Program-made: the position numbers and the translations under genes
Part shown: positions 10,236-18,599 of the stretch, piece after piece
Layout of the letters: every line of letters begins with the position of its first letter
Position numbering within the stretch: position 1 is the first letter of the stretch
Assembly (NCBI GenBank): GCA_900322085.1
Contig: ONYN01000122.1
Coordinates: forward strand, 460 to 64,459
Reading direction: 5' to 3'
DNA: 64,000 nt
Source of the DNA: an uncultured Eubacteriales bacterium
GTDB taxonomy: Bacteria > Bacillota > Clostridia > Oscillospirales > Acutalibacteraceae
Notes under the pieces: generated by a model
What the model was told of the DNA's origin: nothing
Databases searched by the model: none
What the model saw: the letters and a program-made list of their open reading frames with translations, nothing else

Positions 10236-11255
10236 TCAATTTATAAATGAATCAATCAAAGCTATAAATTCATTAATCTCAGAAAAATAATTTGGATATG
10301 CTTTCTTTAACATTGAAAACGAAGTGGTTGAAACAAGCACTATATCCTCGTTTGCTTTTCTGGTTTTTTCAGCCCTGTCATATTCAAGTGTTGCCTGTTC
10401 AAGTGCATTCTTTTTAAAAGATTTAATAGACAATTGATTTGTATCTCTATCTAAAATCAACACATAATATCCTTGATCAAGTGTTTCAGAACTATCTACA
10501 TAACCTACAGCTTCTTTAATACTTTTTAACTTTCTTAAAACCTCATATTTTTCCTCATATTTAATAAACTCTTGTATAATACTCGACCGTTTAACAGCTT
10601 CAACTTTTTGACCGTTAGTTTCATATATTTCTAATAACTTTGAAACCGAGATAAAAAACTGTCTGTTATATGGATCGCCTTGACCTATCTTTAATGGATC
10701 TCCGGTAAAAGTATCCATTGTTTCAACTGCAGTTGCCCATAAGTGTTGTACATGTGTGCGGATTTGTATCTCAATAAATAGACCGTTATATTTTGGATTT
10801 CGGTCACTGTTGTATGAATAAACAATATGATAGCTTCTGTACCCATCATCCTTTGGAGTTTTTATGTAGTCATATTCTTCCTTCAGTTTGTGTCGCATTC
10901 TCGATTTCTTTAAAGACTCAACCATATTGTAGACTTCATCAGTAGTATTGAAAATAACTCTGCACCCACCAATGTCTTGCATGGTAGTTAAACTCATATT
11001 AGGGAATCTATATAGTTTTTGCGTAATTGAATACAAACGTTTTAATCTTTGGGCTACAACAGCATCCTCACCCGCTGTTTTCTTGACATGCATATAGATT
11101 ATTTGCAAAGGAAAAGCGTGGGCTGCACGCCAATTATTAATTAGAGTAAGCGCATAATCTTTTTCAGACTTTGAAGATTCATCTGAAACAAACACTTTCC
11201 CCGCTTTTTTTATTTGTGTTTTGGGAAATCTTATTTCTTCATAATTGTGAGACAT
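10236..11255 (-). CDS. RelA/SpoT-family (small alarmone synthetase / toxSAS-like) nucleotide pyrophosphokinase with unassigned C-terminal domain
   Basis: All synthetase motifs are present: QRLKRLYSITQKL, DIGGCRVIF, PKDDGYRSYHIVY and IEIQIRTHVQHLWATAVE. There is no HD hydrolase domain, and the ~140-aa C-terminal domain is unassigned. The gene has a GGAGG RBS. Its start lies inside the last 17 nt of hsdS and its stop is 20 nt before the hsdR ATG. Confidence 0.85.
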   Translation of the reverse strand: MSHNYEEIRFPKTQIKKAGKVFVSDESSKSEKDYALTLINNWRAAHAFPLQIIYMHVKKTAGEDAVVAQRLKRLYSITQKLYRFPNMSLTTMQDIGGCRVIFNTTDEVYNMVESLKKSRMRHKLKEEYDYIKTPKDDGYRSYHIVYSYNSDRNPKYNGLFIEIQIRTHVQHLWATAVETMDTFTGDPLKIGQGDPYNRQFFISVSKLLEIYETNGQKVEAVKRSSIIQEFIKYEEKYEVLRKLKSIKEAVGYVDSSETLDQGYYVLILDRDTNQLSIKSFKKNALEQATLEYDRAEKTRKANEDIVLVSTTSFSMLKKAYPNYFSEINEFIALIDSFIN

Positions 11256-12420
11256 TTTTTACCTCCAGTTTACCACTCATCAGGCGCGGCAAAAGTAAAT
11301 CTCGTTGTTTTGTTAAGTCCATATTTATTTTATATAGTGTGTTTTTTTGAATCATTATATTCCTAAGAATATCATTTGCTTTTTTCATAGTGTTATCATC
11401 AGCAACTAAAACCATTATTTTTTTCAAGTGTCTGTCTCCAAGGTGGCTTACGGTAGTCCCAGATAATGTCTGTTCCCAAAACTTAATTTGAGAATAAATT
11501 GAAAGATAGAGCCAATAATTGCAAACTTTGACACTCTTACTATCTAATTCAACTACTCGTTGATTTAAAAAGGCCCTTTTTCCACTCCATAAACACATAT
11601 GGAATATTCCATCCATACCTATTAGAATCGCATTTTCTTTTATTAAATACTTATCATCACATAACTCAGGGGTAAAAGTTTTTGTATCGTTTTTAGGGAT
11701 GTCTCTTATTCTGACAACAGCATTGAGAGTTTCATCATCTGTGAATGCGTCTGAAGAAAATGAGTATCCATAAGTAACATTAGCAACATCAAAAAGATTT
11801 GAATACTCCCATCCCTTTGGAATTCCATTCTCAAACTCTGCCGATTCATACCCGGGAAAGCGGAAACGGACAAACCACTCCTTATACATTTCTTCGGCCA
11901 TCTGCTCAAGAACCTTAATGCGTTTGTTGTTGATCTCGATAAGTGAATCATAGTTTGAAAGAACAGAAACAATGCTCTTTTGGTATTCTATAGCCGGAAA
12001 ATCCCATTTGATTTTTTTTATAAAACCAAGGTCGGCACGCTGTCTGCCGCTTGCACCAGTCATACTGTTAGCGGCAAGTTGCCTCATATGTTTCATTCTA
12101 AGCAGATAGTAAATATAATCAGTGTCCGTAACTCCATCTATGCCACGAAAAACAAACAGTTCAGTTGAGCCAAATCCTTTTTTGCCATTGGTTTTTGCTA
12201 CTGCCATCTTTCCATTTTCAAGGCAGGGGGTTATACGAGCAAACAAAACATCATTATCTTCAAATTTTGCTCCACTCTGACCGGTGTATTCAATTTCTTC
12301 ATCACTTTTAACAGGTTTAAATCCCGGATTGATCTTATCAATATCAACCAAAGGGTATTTTTCACCTTTTATAAGTTTAACAGAAGGATTACAGTTTACT
12401 TTTTCGCCAAATCTATCCAT
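11239..12420 (-). CDS. hsdS: Type I R-M specificity subunit (HsdS), two target-recognition domains
   Basis: Two variable halves are separated and followed by the conserved HsdS spacer helices (NKRIKVLEQMAEEMYKEWFVRFRFPGYE; LTKQRDLLLPRLMSGKLEV). The ATG lies 3 nt after the hsdM stop. Confidence 0.85.
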   Translation of the reverse strand: MDRFGEKVNCNPSVKLIKGEKYPLVDIDKINPGFKPVKSDEEIEYTGQSGAKFEDNDVLFARITPCLENGKMAVAKTNGKKGFGSTELFVFRGIDGVTDTDYIYYLLRMKHMRQLAANSMTGASGRQRADLGFIKKIKWDFPAIEYQKSIVSVLSNYDSLIEINNKRIKVLEQMAEEMYKEWFVRFRFPGYESAEFENGIPKGWEYSNLFDVANVTYGYSFSSDAFTDDETLNAVVRIRDIPKNDTKTFTPELCDDKYLIKENAILIGMDGIFHMCLWSGKRAFLNQRVVELDSKSVKVCNYWLYLSIYSQIKFWEQTLSGTTVSHLGDRHLKKIMVLVADDNTMKKANDILRNIMIQKNTLYKINMDLTKQRDLLLPRLMSGKLEVKNVSQL

Positions 12421-12423
12421 AGA

Positions 12424-13719
12424 TTACTCACCAAACAAAGCTTTTAAATTTTTGCCAATCTGGGTTTCAAGTTCTTTTGCTTCTGCATTCAACGCTTCAT
12501 ATTCTGTGTTCAACCCAAGCATGGTTTCTTTGAACGCTTCTGCTGTCATTCCGTCATCTTCAATAACAACGCCTACATAACGGCCTGCATTCAGCGAATA
12601 ATCCTGATCGGCAATGCTGTCTTCCTCTATAATTTCAATCGGATTACCGTCTTTATCAAGTTTAGGTTCACCGTTTTCATCAAGCTCATAAGAGATGCCG
12701 AGAGTAGCGACTTTGCATAAACCGATTACATCACGGTATTTGCCGTCAGGGAAACGCTCGGTGAGCCAGTTAATCTGCGCCTGCCAGTATGATTTGGTTT
12801 TAACTTCTTTATCATCTGATTCTTCGGGTGCTTCCGACATAGCGGCTTTATACTCTTCAATCAGCGCTTTGAGCGCTCCGGAGTCGCCTTTGTAAAGACG
12901 GGTAATAATACCGAGATTTTTAATCTGCTCGTCGCTGAATTTGCGGTGCGCTCTGTCAACCTGTGTGAACACATTTCTCGCGTCAATAAAGAGTATTTCA
13001 TCGTTTTTGTCGGTATGGGGCTTTTGTTTATCAAAGAACCAGAGTGTCGCAGGCAGTGTTACGGTTGAAAACATATTTGAGGGCAGAGTAACCATCTGAC
13101 TGATGATTCCTTCTTCGATCATCTTCTTGCGGATTTCATATTCACTCTTGCCCGCGTCGGAAGCGGAGTTTGCCATAACGAGCGCGGCTCTGCCGTTTTC
13201 ATTCAGGGCAGTTGCAAAATAGCCTATCCACAGATAGTTGGCGTTCGGCACGGTTTCTTTTTTATCCGACTTTTTCTTTGATGAATTAGAAGAATTTCTC
13301 GGCACACCGTATGTGTTGAATCTGGCATCATCAATAACCCTGTCAAATGTTACTTCATCCACATTGAACGGCGGATTTGCCATTACGTAGTCAAATGCGC
13401 CGACAGCATTATATGGGTCTGCATAAAATGAGTTTGCCTCGGTTATTTCGCCGCGGACATTATTGAGAAGAAGATTCATTTTGGCAAGTTTTACTGTATC
13501 GGGTTCTTTTTCAACACCGTAGCAGCGGAAGCTCATCTGCTCCGCTTCACTGGCATTATGATTGTGCATATATCTTGCAGACTGAACAAACATACCGCCC
13601 GAACCGCAGGCGGGGTCTATAAAGACGCTATCTTTGATACAAACAGAAAAAGCCTTCTCCGACACATAAGTGCCGAAAAAGGCGTAAAATAAGGGCCTTT
13701 GAGGTTCCACTGTGTTCAA
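12424..13719 (-). CDS. hsdM: Type I R-M methyltransferase subunit (HsdM), apparently 5'-truncated (possible pseudogene)
   Basis: SAM motif I (IDPACGSGGMF) sits at residue ~35 and catalytic NPPFN at ~106, followed by a long HsdM-type C-terminal region. The HsdM_N domain and the GEFFTP-type motif that normally precede motif I are absent. The listed start is a TTG inside a terminator hairpin loop. The frame opens only at ~13755, and the upstream residues are not HsdM-like. Confidence 0.75.
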   Translation of the reverse strand: MNTVEPQRPLFYAFFGTYVSEKAFSVCIKDSVFIDPACGSGGMFVQSARYMHNHNASEAEQMSFRCYGVEKEPDTVKLAKMNLLLNNVRGEITEANSFYADPYNAVGAFDYVMANPPFNVDEVTFDRVIDDARFNTYGVPRNSSNSSKKKSDKKETVPNANYLWIGYFATALNENGRAALVMANSASDAGKSEYEIRKKMIEEGIISQMVTLPSNMFSTVTLPATLWFFDKQKPHTDKNDEILFIDARNVFTQVDRAHRKFSDEQIKNLGIITRLYKGDSGALKALIEEYKAAMSEAPEESDDKEVKTKSYWQAQINWLTERFPDGKYRDVIGLCKVATLGISYELDENGEPKLDKDGNPIEIIEEDSIADQDYSLNAGRYVGVVIEDDGMTAEAFKETMLGLNTEYEALNAEAKELETQIGKNLKALFGE

Positions 13720-13750
13720 CAGTAGAGCTTCAAAGGCCCTTTTTTGTTTT
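13691..13750. terminator. Hairpin with flanking T/A tracts (bidirectional terminator-like) at the hsdM truncation point
   Basis: There is a 12-bp perfect stem, aagggcctttga (13691-13702) pairing with tcaaaggccctt (13730-13741), with a 27-nt loop. It is followed on the plus strand by tttttgtttt and on the minus strand by tattttacgccttttt. Confidence 0.55.
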
Positions 13751-13812
13751 GTCCGCTATTCTGTTGTTGTCGACCTCTGTGTAGAAGTTACCCTCCACAA
13801 AAGGCGCTGCAA

Positions 13813-13843
13813 GGAATAATTAAAAAGTGTGGAATAATTAAAA
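13813..13843. repeat. Two direct copies of ggaataattaaaa (13813-13825, 13831-13843)
   Basis: Read directly from the sequence. The copies lie 4 nt downstream of the deoxyribonucleotidase stop, inside the segment junction. Confidence 0.6.
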
Positions 13844-13846
13844 GGT

Positions 13847-14410
13847 TCAATCTACAGAATCCGCGCAGTGCTGAATACGGCTGATTACCTGTTCTACTTC
13901 GTTCCAGTTTCGCACACGCGTCATGCCGTGTGCTTCTGCATCATAACTAATGTTATGAGGAGCTGTCATCAGGATTTTTTTATAGTGCCCGCCTTCCAAA
14001 TTATGAATACCGTCATCAATCAGAACATCTCCATTTATCATTTGTTTGCGGCTTGTAATTATCACATGATCCCAAGACAAAAACGGGAAGTATCTAAATA
14101 GAACTTCACTCATCTTTTCGTAGATGGATTCGTATGGCGTAGCTGTAACAATAAACACTTCGTGCCCAGCGTTAATTAGGCGCTTCAAAGCATCTGACGC
14201 GCCATCAATGGGATCGACGGTTTTCCAGAAACCGGGCTGCATAGGAATATCATAAACCTGCTCACGAGTTAATCCCGGAAAAGCGGCAGATACATCCCAA
14301 GAACGAATCTCCTCGCAGGATACGCTACACCCATATTTTTTGTTGACACCATCAACCCACGCTTTAAGAAGGTGTTCAATCGTGTCATCCATATCTACAA
14401 GAATTACCAT
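13847..14410 (-). CDS. 5'(3')-deoxyribonucleotidase (NT5C family, HAD superfamily)
   Basis: The N-terminal HAD motif is ILVDMDDTIEHLLKAWV (DxDxT). The overall ~190-aa layout matches NT5C/YorS-like enzymes (WDV...PG...FW...P..GA...L.. GHEVFIVTA ... ITS.K....GDVLIDD). The start is either ATG 14410 or GTG 14422. Confidence 0.75.
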   Translation of the reverse strand: MVILVDMDDTIEHLLKAWVDGVNKKYGCSVSCEEIRSWDVSAAFPGLTREQVYDIPMQPGFWKTVDPIDGASDALKRLINAGHEVFIVTATPYESIYEKMSEVLFRYFPFLSWDHVIITSRKQMINGDVLIDDGIHNLEGGHYKKILMTAPHNISYDAEAHGMTRVRNWNEVEQVISRIQHCADSVD

Positions 14411-14449
14411 TTTCGCTTTCACCCTCTGGCTACAGAACTACAAATACGC

Positions 14450-15304
14450 TTATTTATCCATCTTCTCAAGTTCTCCGAGGCTTACTCCGTTTTCATCTTT
14501 CCACTTGAAATTACCGCTTAAAGATGCCCCACCTATAAAACTTGCTGCAGCGGATGGACTTGAAAGAAGCACATCAGCGGTAAGCGTATATGTCTCATCA
14601 ATTAGTTCAGAATACTTTTTGCGGTCTTTTATGGCCCTTTGGGGACAAGCCTTTGTGATTTGTGGATTAAGTTTACTGCCTTTCAAAACAACAAATCCGT
14701 CGCTTGTTCTTTTCCCCACAGCTTTTGCACCGCTATATTCTAAAAACAGTAGTGGCTCCGCTTCATTCTCTGGCGTGAGTGAAACATAGGGCTCAAATAC
14801 CTTATGGCCAAGAGCCCCCATTACTATTTTTGCGTAGTCTATGAACTCTTCAAGCTCGCTTTCTGTTTCCTCCGTGATATTTCCGGGATTAGGATCGTTT
14901 CCATTTTTTACAACGTAACGATTAGCTTGAATCGCTAAATTACAAAAACGATTTTCAAGATAGCTTATCTCTGTTGGCCCGAATGAGTTATTTGAAGTAG
15001 TAAACATTATCGTCTCGGTCCAATAGTCTATTGATGGGTGGGCCTCCTGAACACGAAGCAATAATCCCTTCCCATTTTTTCTGATTCCGGCTTGTCCAAT
15101 ATACACGACAGCGTTATCTTCTTTATCCGTGCCGAAGAGGAAATAGACACCGCTTTGTTTTAAGATATCCATGTCCTTACACTTGTCAAGCGAAGTCCGA
15201 GGTATTTTATAAGCGATACCGGTCCAGTTAGCGAGGGAGCATTTTATTCTGCCGCTCGGCTCTCCATCTATTAGGAATAGTTTTAACGTCTTGCTACGTG
15301 ACAT
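14450..15304 (-). CDS. GIY-YIG nuclease family protein with C-terminal DUF4357-like domain
   Basis: The GIY-YIG core is SGVYFLFG ... VVYIGQA ... R...H, followed by YLENRF. The C-terminal third (FLEYSGAKAVGKRTSDGFVVLKGS ... FSSPSAAASFIGGASLSGNFKWK) fits DUF4357. The ATG at 15304 is preceded by GAGGAGGAAG. Confidence 0.75.
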   Translation of the reverse strand: MSRSKTLKLFLIDGEPSGRIKCSLANWTGIAYKIPRTSLDKCKDMDILKQSGVYFLFGTDKEDNAVVYIGQAGIRKNGKGLLLRVQEAHPSIDYWTETIMFTTSNNSFGPTEISYLENRFCNLAIQANRYVVKNGNDPNPGNITEETESELEEFIDYAKIVMGALGHKVFEPYVSLTPENEAEPLLFLEYSGAKAVGKRTSDGFVVLKGSKLNPQITKACPQRAIKDRKKYSELIDETYTLTADVLLSSPSAAASFIGGASLSGNFKWKDENGVSLGELEKMDK

Positions 15305-15338
15305 AATCTTCCTCCTCAACTACAGACTATCGATATTA

Positions 15339-16184
15339 TTATGAGAACAACGACAAAAAGACCCCGTTCTCCATGTCATTGATGTTATACAAGTGCTGCA
15401 TCGTATTAAAGGTTTCTTCGAGATTTCTTCTGGCACTGCGCCAACCACCACCATCTGTTACCCAGACAAATTCAACTCCTGTAACAGACCGTGCTTCTTC
15501 AGCAATCATCTTATAGCTTCTGGCTGTCTCATTAAGTTTGGAACCGCCTCCGCCATAAAAATTTGTTTCAATAACGTAAATGAGAGAATCCGTTTTAACG
15601 ACGAAATCCCACCGCTTAGTAGATGTGCCTTCAGCGGAAATCGCAGAGAGGTCAACACCCCATTTTTTCTCTATGTCAGTTATATACATTTCCTTGTAGT
15701 ATTCCACACCGGTCTGCTTAATGAATCCTTCTACAAGGTCCTCCATTTGATGGCCTCCACGGTTTTTTCTGCCGTTACTGTCAAGGCCGGTTTCAATGCC
15801 AAGCACATAATCGACGAGGTTATTGACAAGGTGGTTTGCAATCAGATCCAATAAACCGGTTTTTCTCATAAACTCCATATACTGCTCAACGGAGTAACTC
15901 ATTTTATTGAAGTCAAATAGGAATGCACCTTCTGAATCTTGCGCATATATTTCGCTCTGCCGAACAGCCAAGAGTGTGGGAATACACTTCAGTATCTCCG
16001 GATATCTTTGAAGTAAGGAAGAAAAATCTGCTTCAATGTTCTTCGAGCCGATAAGAGAGTTCATGATATTAAGCTCAATTCTTATGCTCTCAACATTGGC
16101 ATAGACTTTTTCAAAATCGACATAGTAATTGTAATTATTTATGCTCGGACGCATCTTTCCAAGCCACTCACTAAAACTCCGCAT
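15339..16184 (-). CDS. dpnB: DpnII-family type II restriction endonuclease (GATC, cuts unmethylated)
   Basis: Long colinear matches to my recollection of S. pneumoniae R.DpnII: NIMNSLIGSKNI, YPEILKCIP, NHLVNNLVDYVLGIETGLDSNGRKNRGG, KRWDFVVK, IETNFYGGGGSKLNETARSYKMIAEE and VEFVWVTDGGGW. It overlaps dpnA by 14 nt. Confidence 0.9.
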   Translation of the reverse strand: MRSFSEWLGKMRPSINNYNYYVDFEKVYANVESIRIELNIMNSLIGSKNIEADFSSLLQRYPEILKCIPTLLAVRQSEIYAQDSEGAFLFDFNKMSYSVEQYMEFMRKTGLLDLIANHLVNNLVDYVLGIETGLDSNGRKNRGGHQMEDLVEGFIKQTGVEYYKEMYITDIEKKWGVDLSAISAEGTSTKRWDFVVKTDSLIYVIETNFYGGGGSKLNETARSYKMIAEEARSVTGVEFVWVTDGGGWRSARRNLEETFNTMQHLYNINDMENGVFLSLFS

Positions 16185-16968
16185 GCAAAACCTCCTGTTG
16201 TAATCTTCTAACTGAGAGTTCGATATATTCCTCTACATTGTCAATGCCTATGTACCGTCGTCCAAGCATTTTGGCAGCAACGCCTGTAGTGGAGCTCCCG
16301 CAAAATGGATCTAAGACCAAATCTCCGGGATTGGTAGAAGCTTCAATTATTCTTTCGAGCAAATACATCGGTTTCTGAGTCGGATGTTTCCCGAACGCTT
16401 TCTCTTTTTGTGAGGTGAGCGGTCCGGTCCAAACGTCCTTCATCTGTTTGCCACCGTTTTGCTGTTTCATTAATTGATAGTTGAAAAGGTGCCTTGACTT
16501 CTTCTCATCCTTTTGAGCCCATAACACCGTCTCGGTACTATGCGTAAAGCATCTACATGCGAGGTTTGGAGGAGGATTTGTCTTTTGCCATGTGATGTTG
16601 TTTATGATCTTAAAGCCCTCTTGCTCTAAGGCCATGCCGATACTATAAATATTGTGGAGCGTTCCACTAATCCATATCGTTCCATTCGGGGTAAGGACAT
16701 TTCTGCATAGACGAATCCATTTTCTATTGAAGGCGTGCTTTTCAGAAACAGATGAAACCTTGTCCCAATCACCCTTATTAACAGAAACCATTTGACCGGC
16801 ATGGCACGTAACGCCATCATTACTCAAAAAGTATGGTGGATCGGCAAAGACCATATCGACTGACGATGGGGCTATCTTTTTGAGAACTGAAAAAGTATCA
16901 CCCAAAAAGAGCATCTCAGTTTCTGTACAATAATATGGAGAAACCCTACCTTTAATCAGTTCTCTCAT
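16171..16968 (-). CDS. dpnA: DpnA-type beta-class N6-adenine DNA methyltransferase
   Basis: Motifs include DMVFADPPYFLSNDG, VSVNKGDWDK, EKHAFNRKWIRL, NGTIWISGTLHNIYSIGMALEQEGFKIINNITWQKTNPPPN, GKHPTQKPMYLLERII and DPFCGSSTTGVAA. These are near-colinear with pneumococcal DpnA as I recall it. Confidence 0.9.
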   Translation of the reverse strand: MRELIKGRVSPYYCTETEMLFLGDTFSVLKKIAPSSVDMVFADPPYFLSNDGVTCHAGQMVSVNKGDWDKVSSVSEKHAFNRKWIRLCRNVLTPNGTIWISGTLHNIYSIGMALEQEGFKIINNITWQKTNPPPNLACRCFTHSTETVLWAQKDEKKSRHLFNYQLMKQQNGGKQMKDVWTGPLTSQKEKAFGKHPTQKPMYLLERIIEASTNPGDLVLDPFCGSSTTGVAAKMLGRRYIGIDNVEEYIELSVRRLQQEVLHAEF

Positions 16969-16981
16969 AAGACATTTCCCC

Positions 16982-17812
16982 TTAATAATTTGTGATTATT
17001 ACTTCTTTTCCAGTTCGTTTTGAGGCGTCACTGTTAATGGCTCTCCGAACATCAAAATGCTCAATCGAAAAGCCGCTATATAGTTCGTGGACAAGAGGAA
17101 CATCATGATTGCTTAACATCACCTTGGCCCCTTGCTCTGACAATCGCCTGTATAGTGCAGCTAACCGTTTGTGGTCTTCGAGCGAAAAACCTTCTTTTGT
17201 GTAATCAGTGAAATTCGCTGTCTCATCAATCGGCACATACGGAGAGTCGAAATAAACAAAATCACCGGGCTGGACATCAAAACACGCGCTTTCAAAATCT
17301 CCTTGACGAATTTCAACGTCTTTTGACCTTAAGTAAAGGCCTATGTTTCTAAGGTTTGCTGCGTCAATCGAGACACCGCCTTTTTTATTGTTGTATGGCA
17401 CGTTGAACAGCCCTTTAGAATTAACCCGATATAAGCCATTGAAACAATGCTTATTAATCCAAATCATCAGCGCAGCACATTCAGGGTCCAGCTCATGGGC
17501 CTTGATTTTTGCGTTATACGCTTCGCGGATCTTCATATATCGCTCTTTGTCGCAAGGTTCAGCATCAAGCACCTGTACCGCAGCAATAACAGCCTCTGCG
17601 TCAATCTTGAGCTGCCTATAGACATTTAAAAGCTGCTCATTGATGTCGTTAATAACCACTCGTTCGGGCTGCAATTCAAGGAGAAGCGCACCTCCGCCTA
17701 TAAAGGGCTCATAATACCTTCCGTAGTCCGTTGGCATATGCGCCTTCAGCCTATCAAGCAGTTGCGTTTTGCCACCTGCCCATTTCACAAACGGTCCTGT
17801 TTTAAATTCCAT
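16982..17812 (-). CDS. dpnM: Dam-type (alpha-class) GATC N6-adenine DNA methyltransferase, DpnM-like
   Basis: Motifs are FVKWAGGKTQLL, YYEPFIGGGALLLEL, VINDIN, NGLYRVNSKGLFNVPY, GDFVYFDSPYVP, FTDYTKEGFS and VMLSN. The ATG is preceded by AGGAGGAAACC. Confidence 0.9.
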   Translation of the reverse strand: MEFKTGPFVKWAGGKTQLLDRLKAHMPTDYGRYYEPFIGGGALLLELQPERVVINDINEQLLNVYRQLKIDAEAVIAAVQVLDAEPCDKERYMKIREAYNAKIKAHELDPECAALMIWINKHCFNGLYRVNSKGLFNVPYNNKKGGVSIDAANLRNIGLYLRSKDVEIRQGDFESACFDVQPGDFVYFDSPYVPIDETANFTDYTKEGFSLEDHKRLAALYRRLSEQGAKVMLSNHDVPLVHELYSGFSIEHFDVRRAINSDASKRTGKEVIITNY

Positions 17813-17925
17813 CTTGGTTTCCTCCTAATTCCAAATTGGGTCATAGTATAGATGCCATACCTTTTTTCATTTATCAAGCCCATTTTGGAATATAATTTCT
17901 GAACTTTGTGTTTCCGGATGAACAT

Positions 17926-18597
17926 TTACCAGCCTCTATCCATCCGGCGAATGTCATAGACAAACTGCTTCTGAAAATAGAAAGCGTGGTTTTTGTTCGA
18001 CACATATCTTCCATACACCCGTGAATAAATCGGATGATAACTACCACTTGCATCACGAGCGTCTTTGCTGCGAACCTGAATGTGAGTACCATTCGATGTA
18101 TGTATAAATCCATCAGGGCTATTCTCGATATGATATCTGAGCTGCTCGCAGATGGAATAGTAATCATTACGCCAGATTTCTCTTAATTGAGCAAACTTCC
18201 GGAGTGACAAATCGATATGGATGCTCGGCAAAAACATCCAGTCCTCTGGATGGCCATCTTTGCAAACAGGAACATAGAGAATATTACTGATTTTCTCATA
18301 GAGATGGGTGTCTTCAAAAGGCCTCTCCTGTATCAGCTCGTCAATGACACTACTTATCTGTGTGATAAAGACTGTTTCTCTGGGATTCCCGGCTGCATCA
18401 CATTTGTTCGTTTTCAGTTCCCCATCATCAAAATCCAGATTTGTGCTTGAGAGATGCATCCCAAGGGACAGTTCAAGTAGTTGTCCTGTTTTGCCCTTGT
18501 TTATGATGATCATGTTCATATCGGACGGAGAGAATAGGTCTCCAAATCTAATTCCTGCAAGATTATTAAATCGCCTACATGCTTCTTCGAGTCTCAT
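17926..18597 (-). CDS. MutH-family (MutH/Sau3AI) single-domain endonuclease
   Basis: The protein is colinear with E. coli MutH as I recall it. KGKTGQLLELSLGMHLSSTNLDFDDGELKT aligns with [33 protein letters not shown], which includes the catalytic D...E-x-K. Further matches are PRETVFITQ, ILYVPV, THIQVRSKDA and HAFYFQKQF. GGAGG lies 7 nt upstream of the ATG. Confidence 0.85.
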   Translation of the reverse strand: MRLEEACRRFNNLAGIRFGDLFSPSDMNMIIINKGKTGQLLELSLGMHLSSTNLDFDDGELKTNKCDAAGNPRETVFITQISSVIDELIQERPFEDTHLYEKISNILYVPVCKDGHPEDWMFLPSIHIDLSLRKFAQLREIWRNDYYSICEQLRYHIENSPDGFIHTSNGTHIQVRSKDARDASGSYHPIYSRVYGRYVSNKNHAFYFQKQFVYDIRRMDRGW

Positions 18598-18599
18598 AC

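Noticed and set aside
11239-12420. Phase-variable hsdS shufflon
   Set aside because: There is only one hsdS gene. No silent hsdS' copies, no inverted repeats within it and no nearby invertase were seen.
13813-13843. Possible CRISPR array or att-site repeats (ggaataattaaaa x2)
   Set aside because: There are only two 13-bp copies separated by a 5-nt spacer, and no cas genes. This is not a CRISPR array. It is kept only as a junction-associated repeat.
11706-18167. Nested same-strand ORFs 11706-11972, 16626-16820 and 17874-18167
   Set aside because: They are alternative frames inside hsdS, dpnA and the MutH-like gene. They have no RBS and no motifs.
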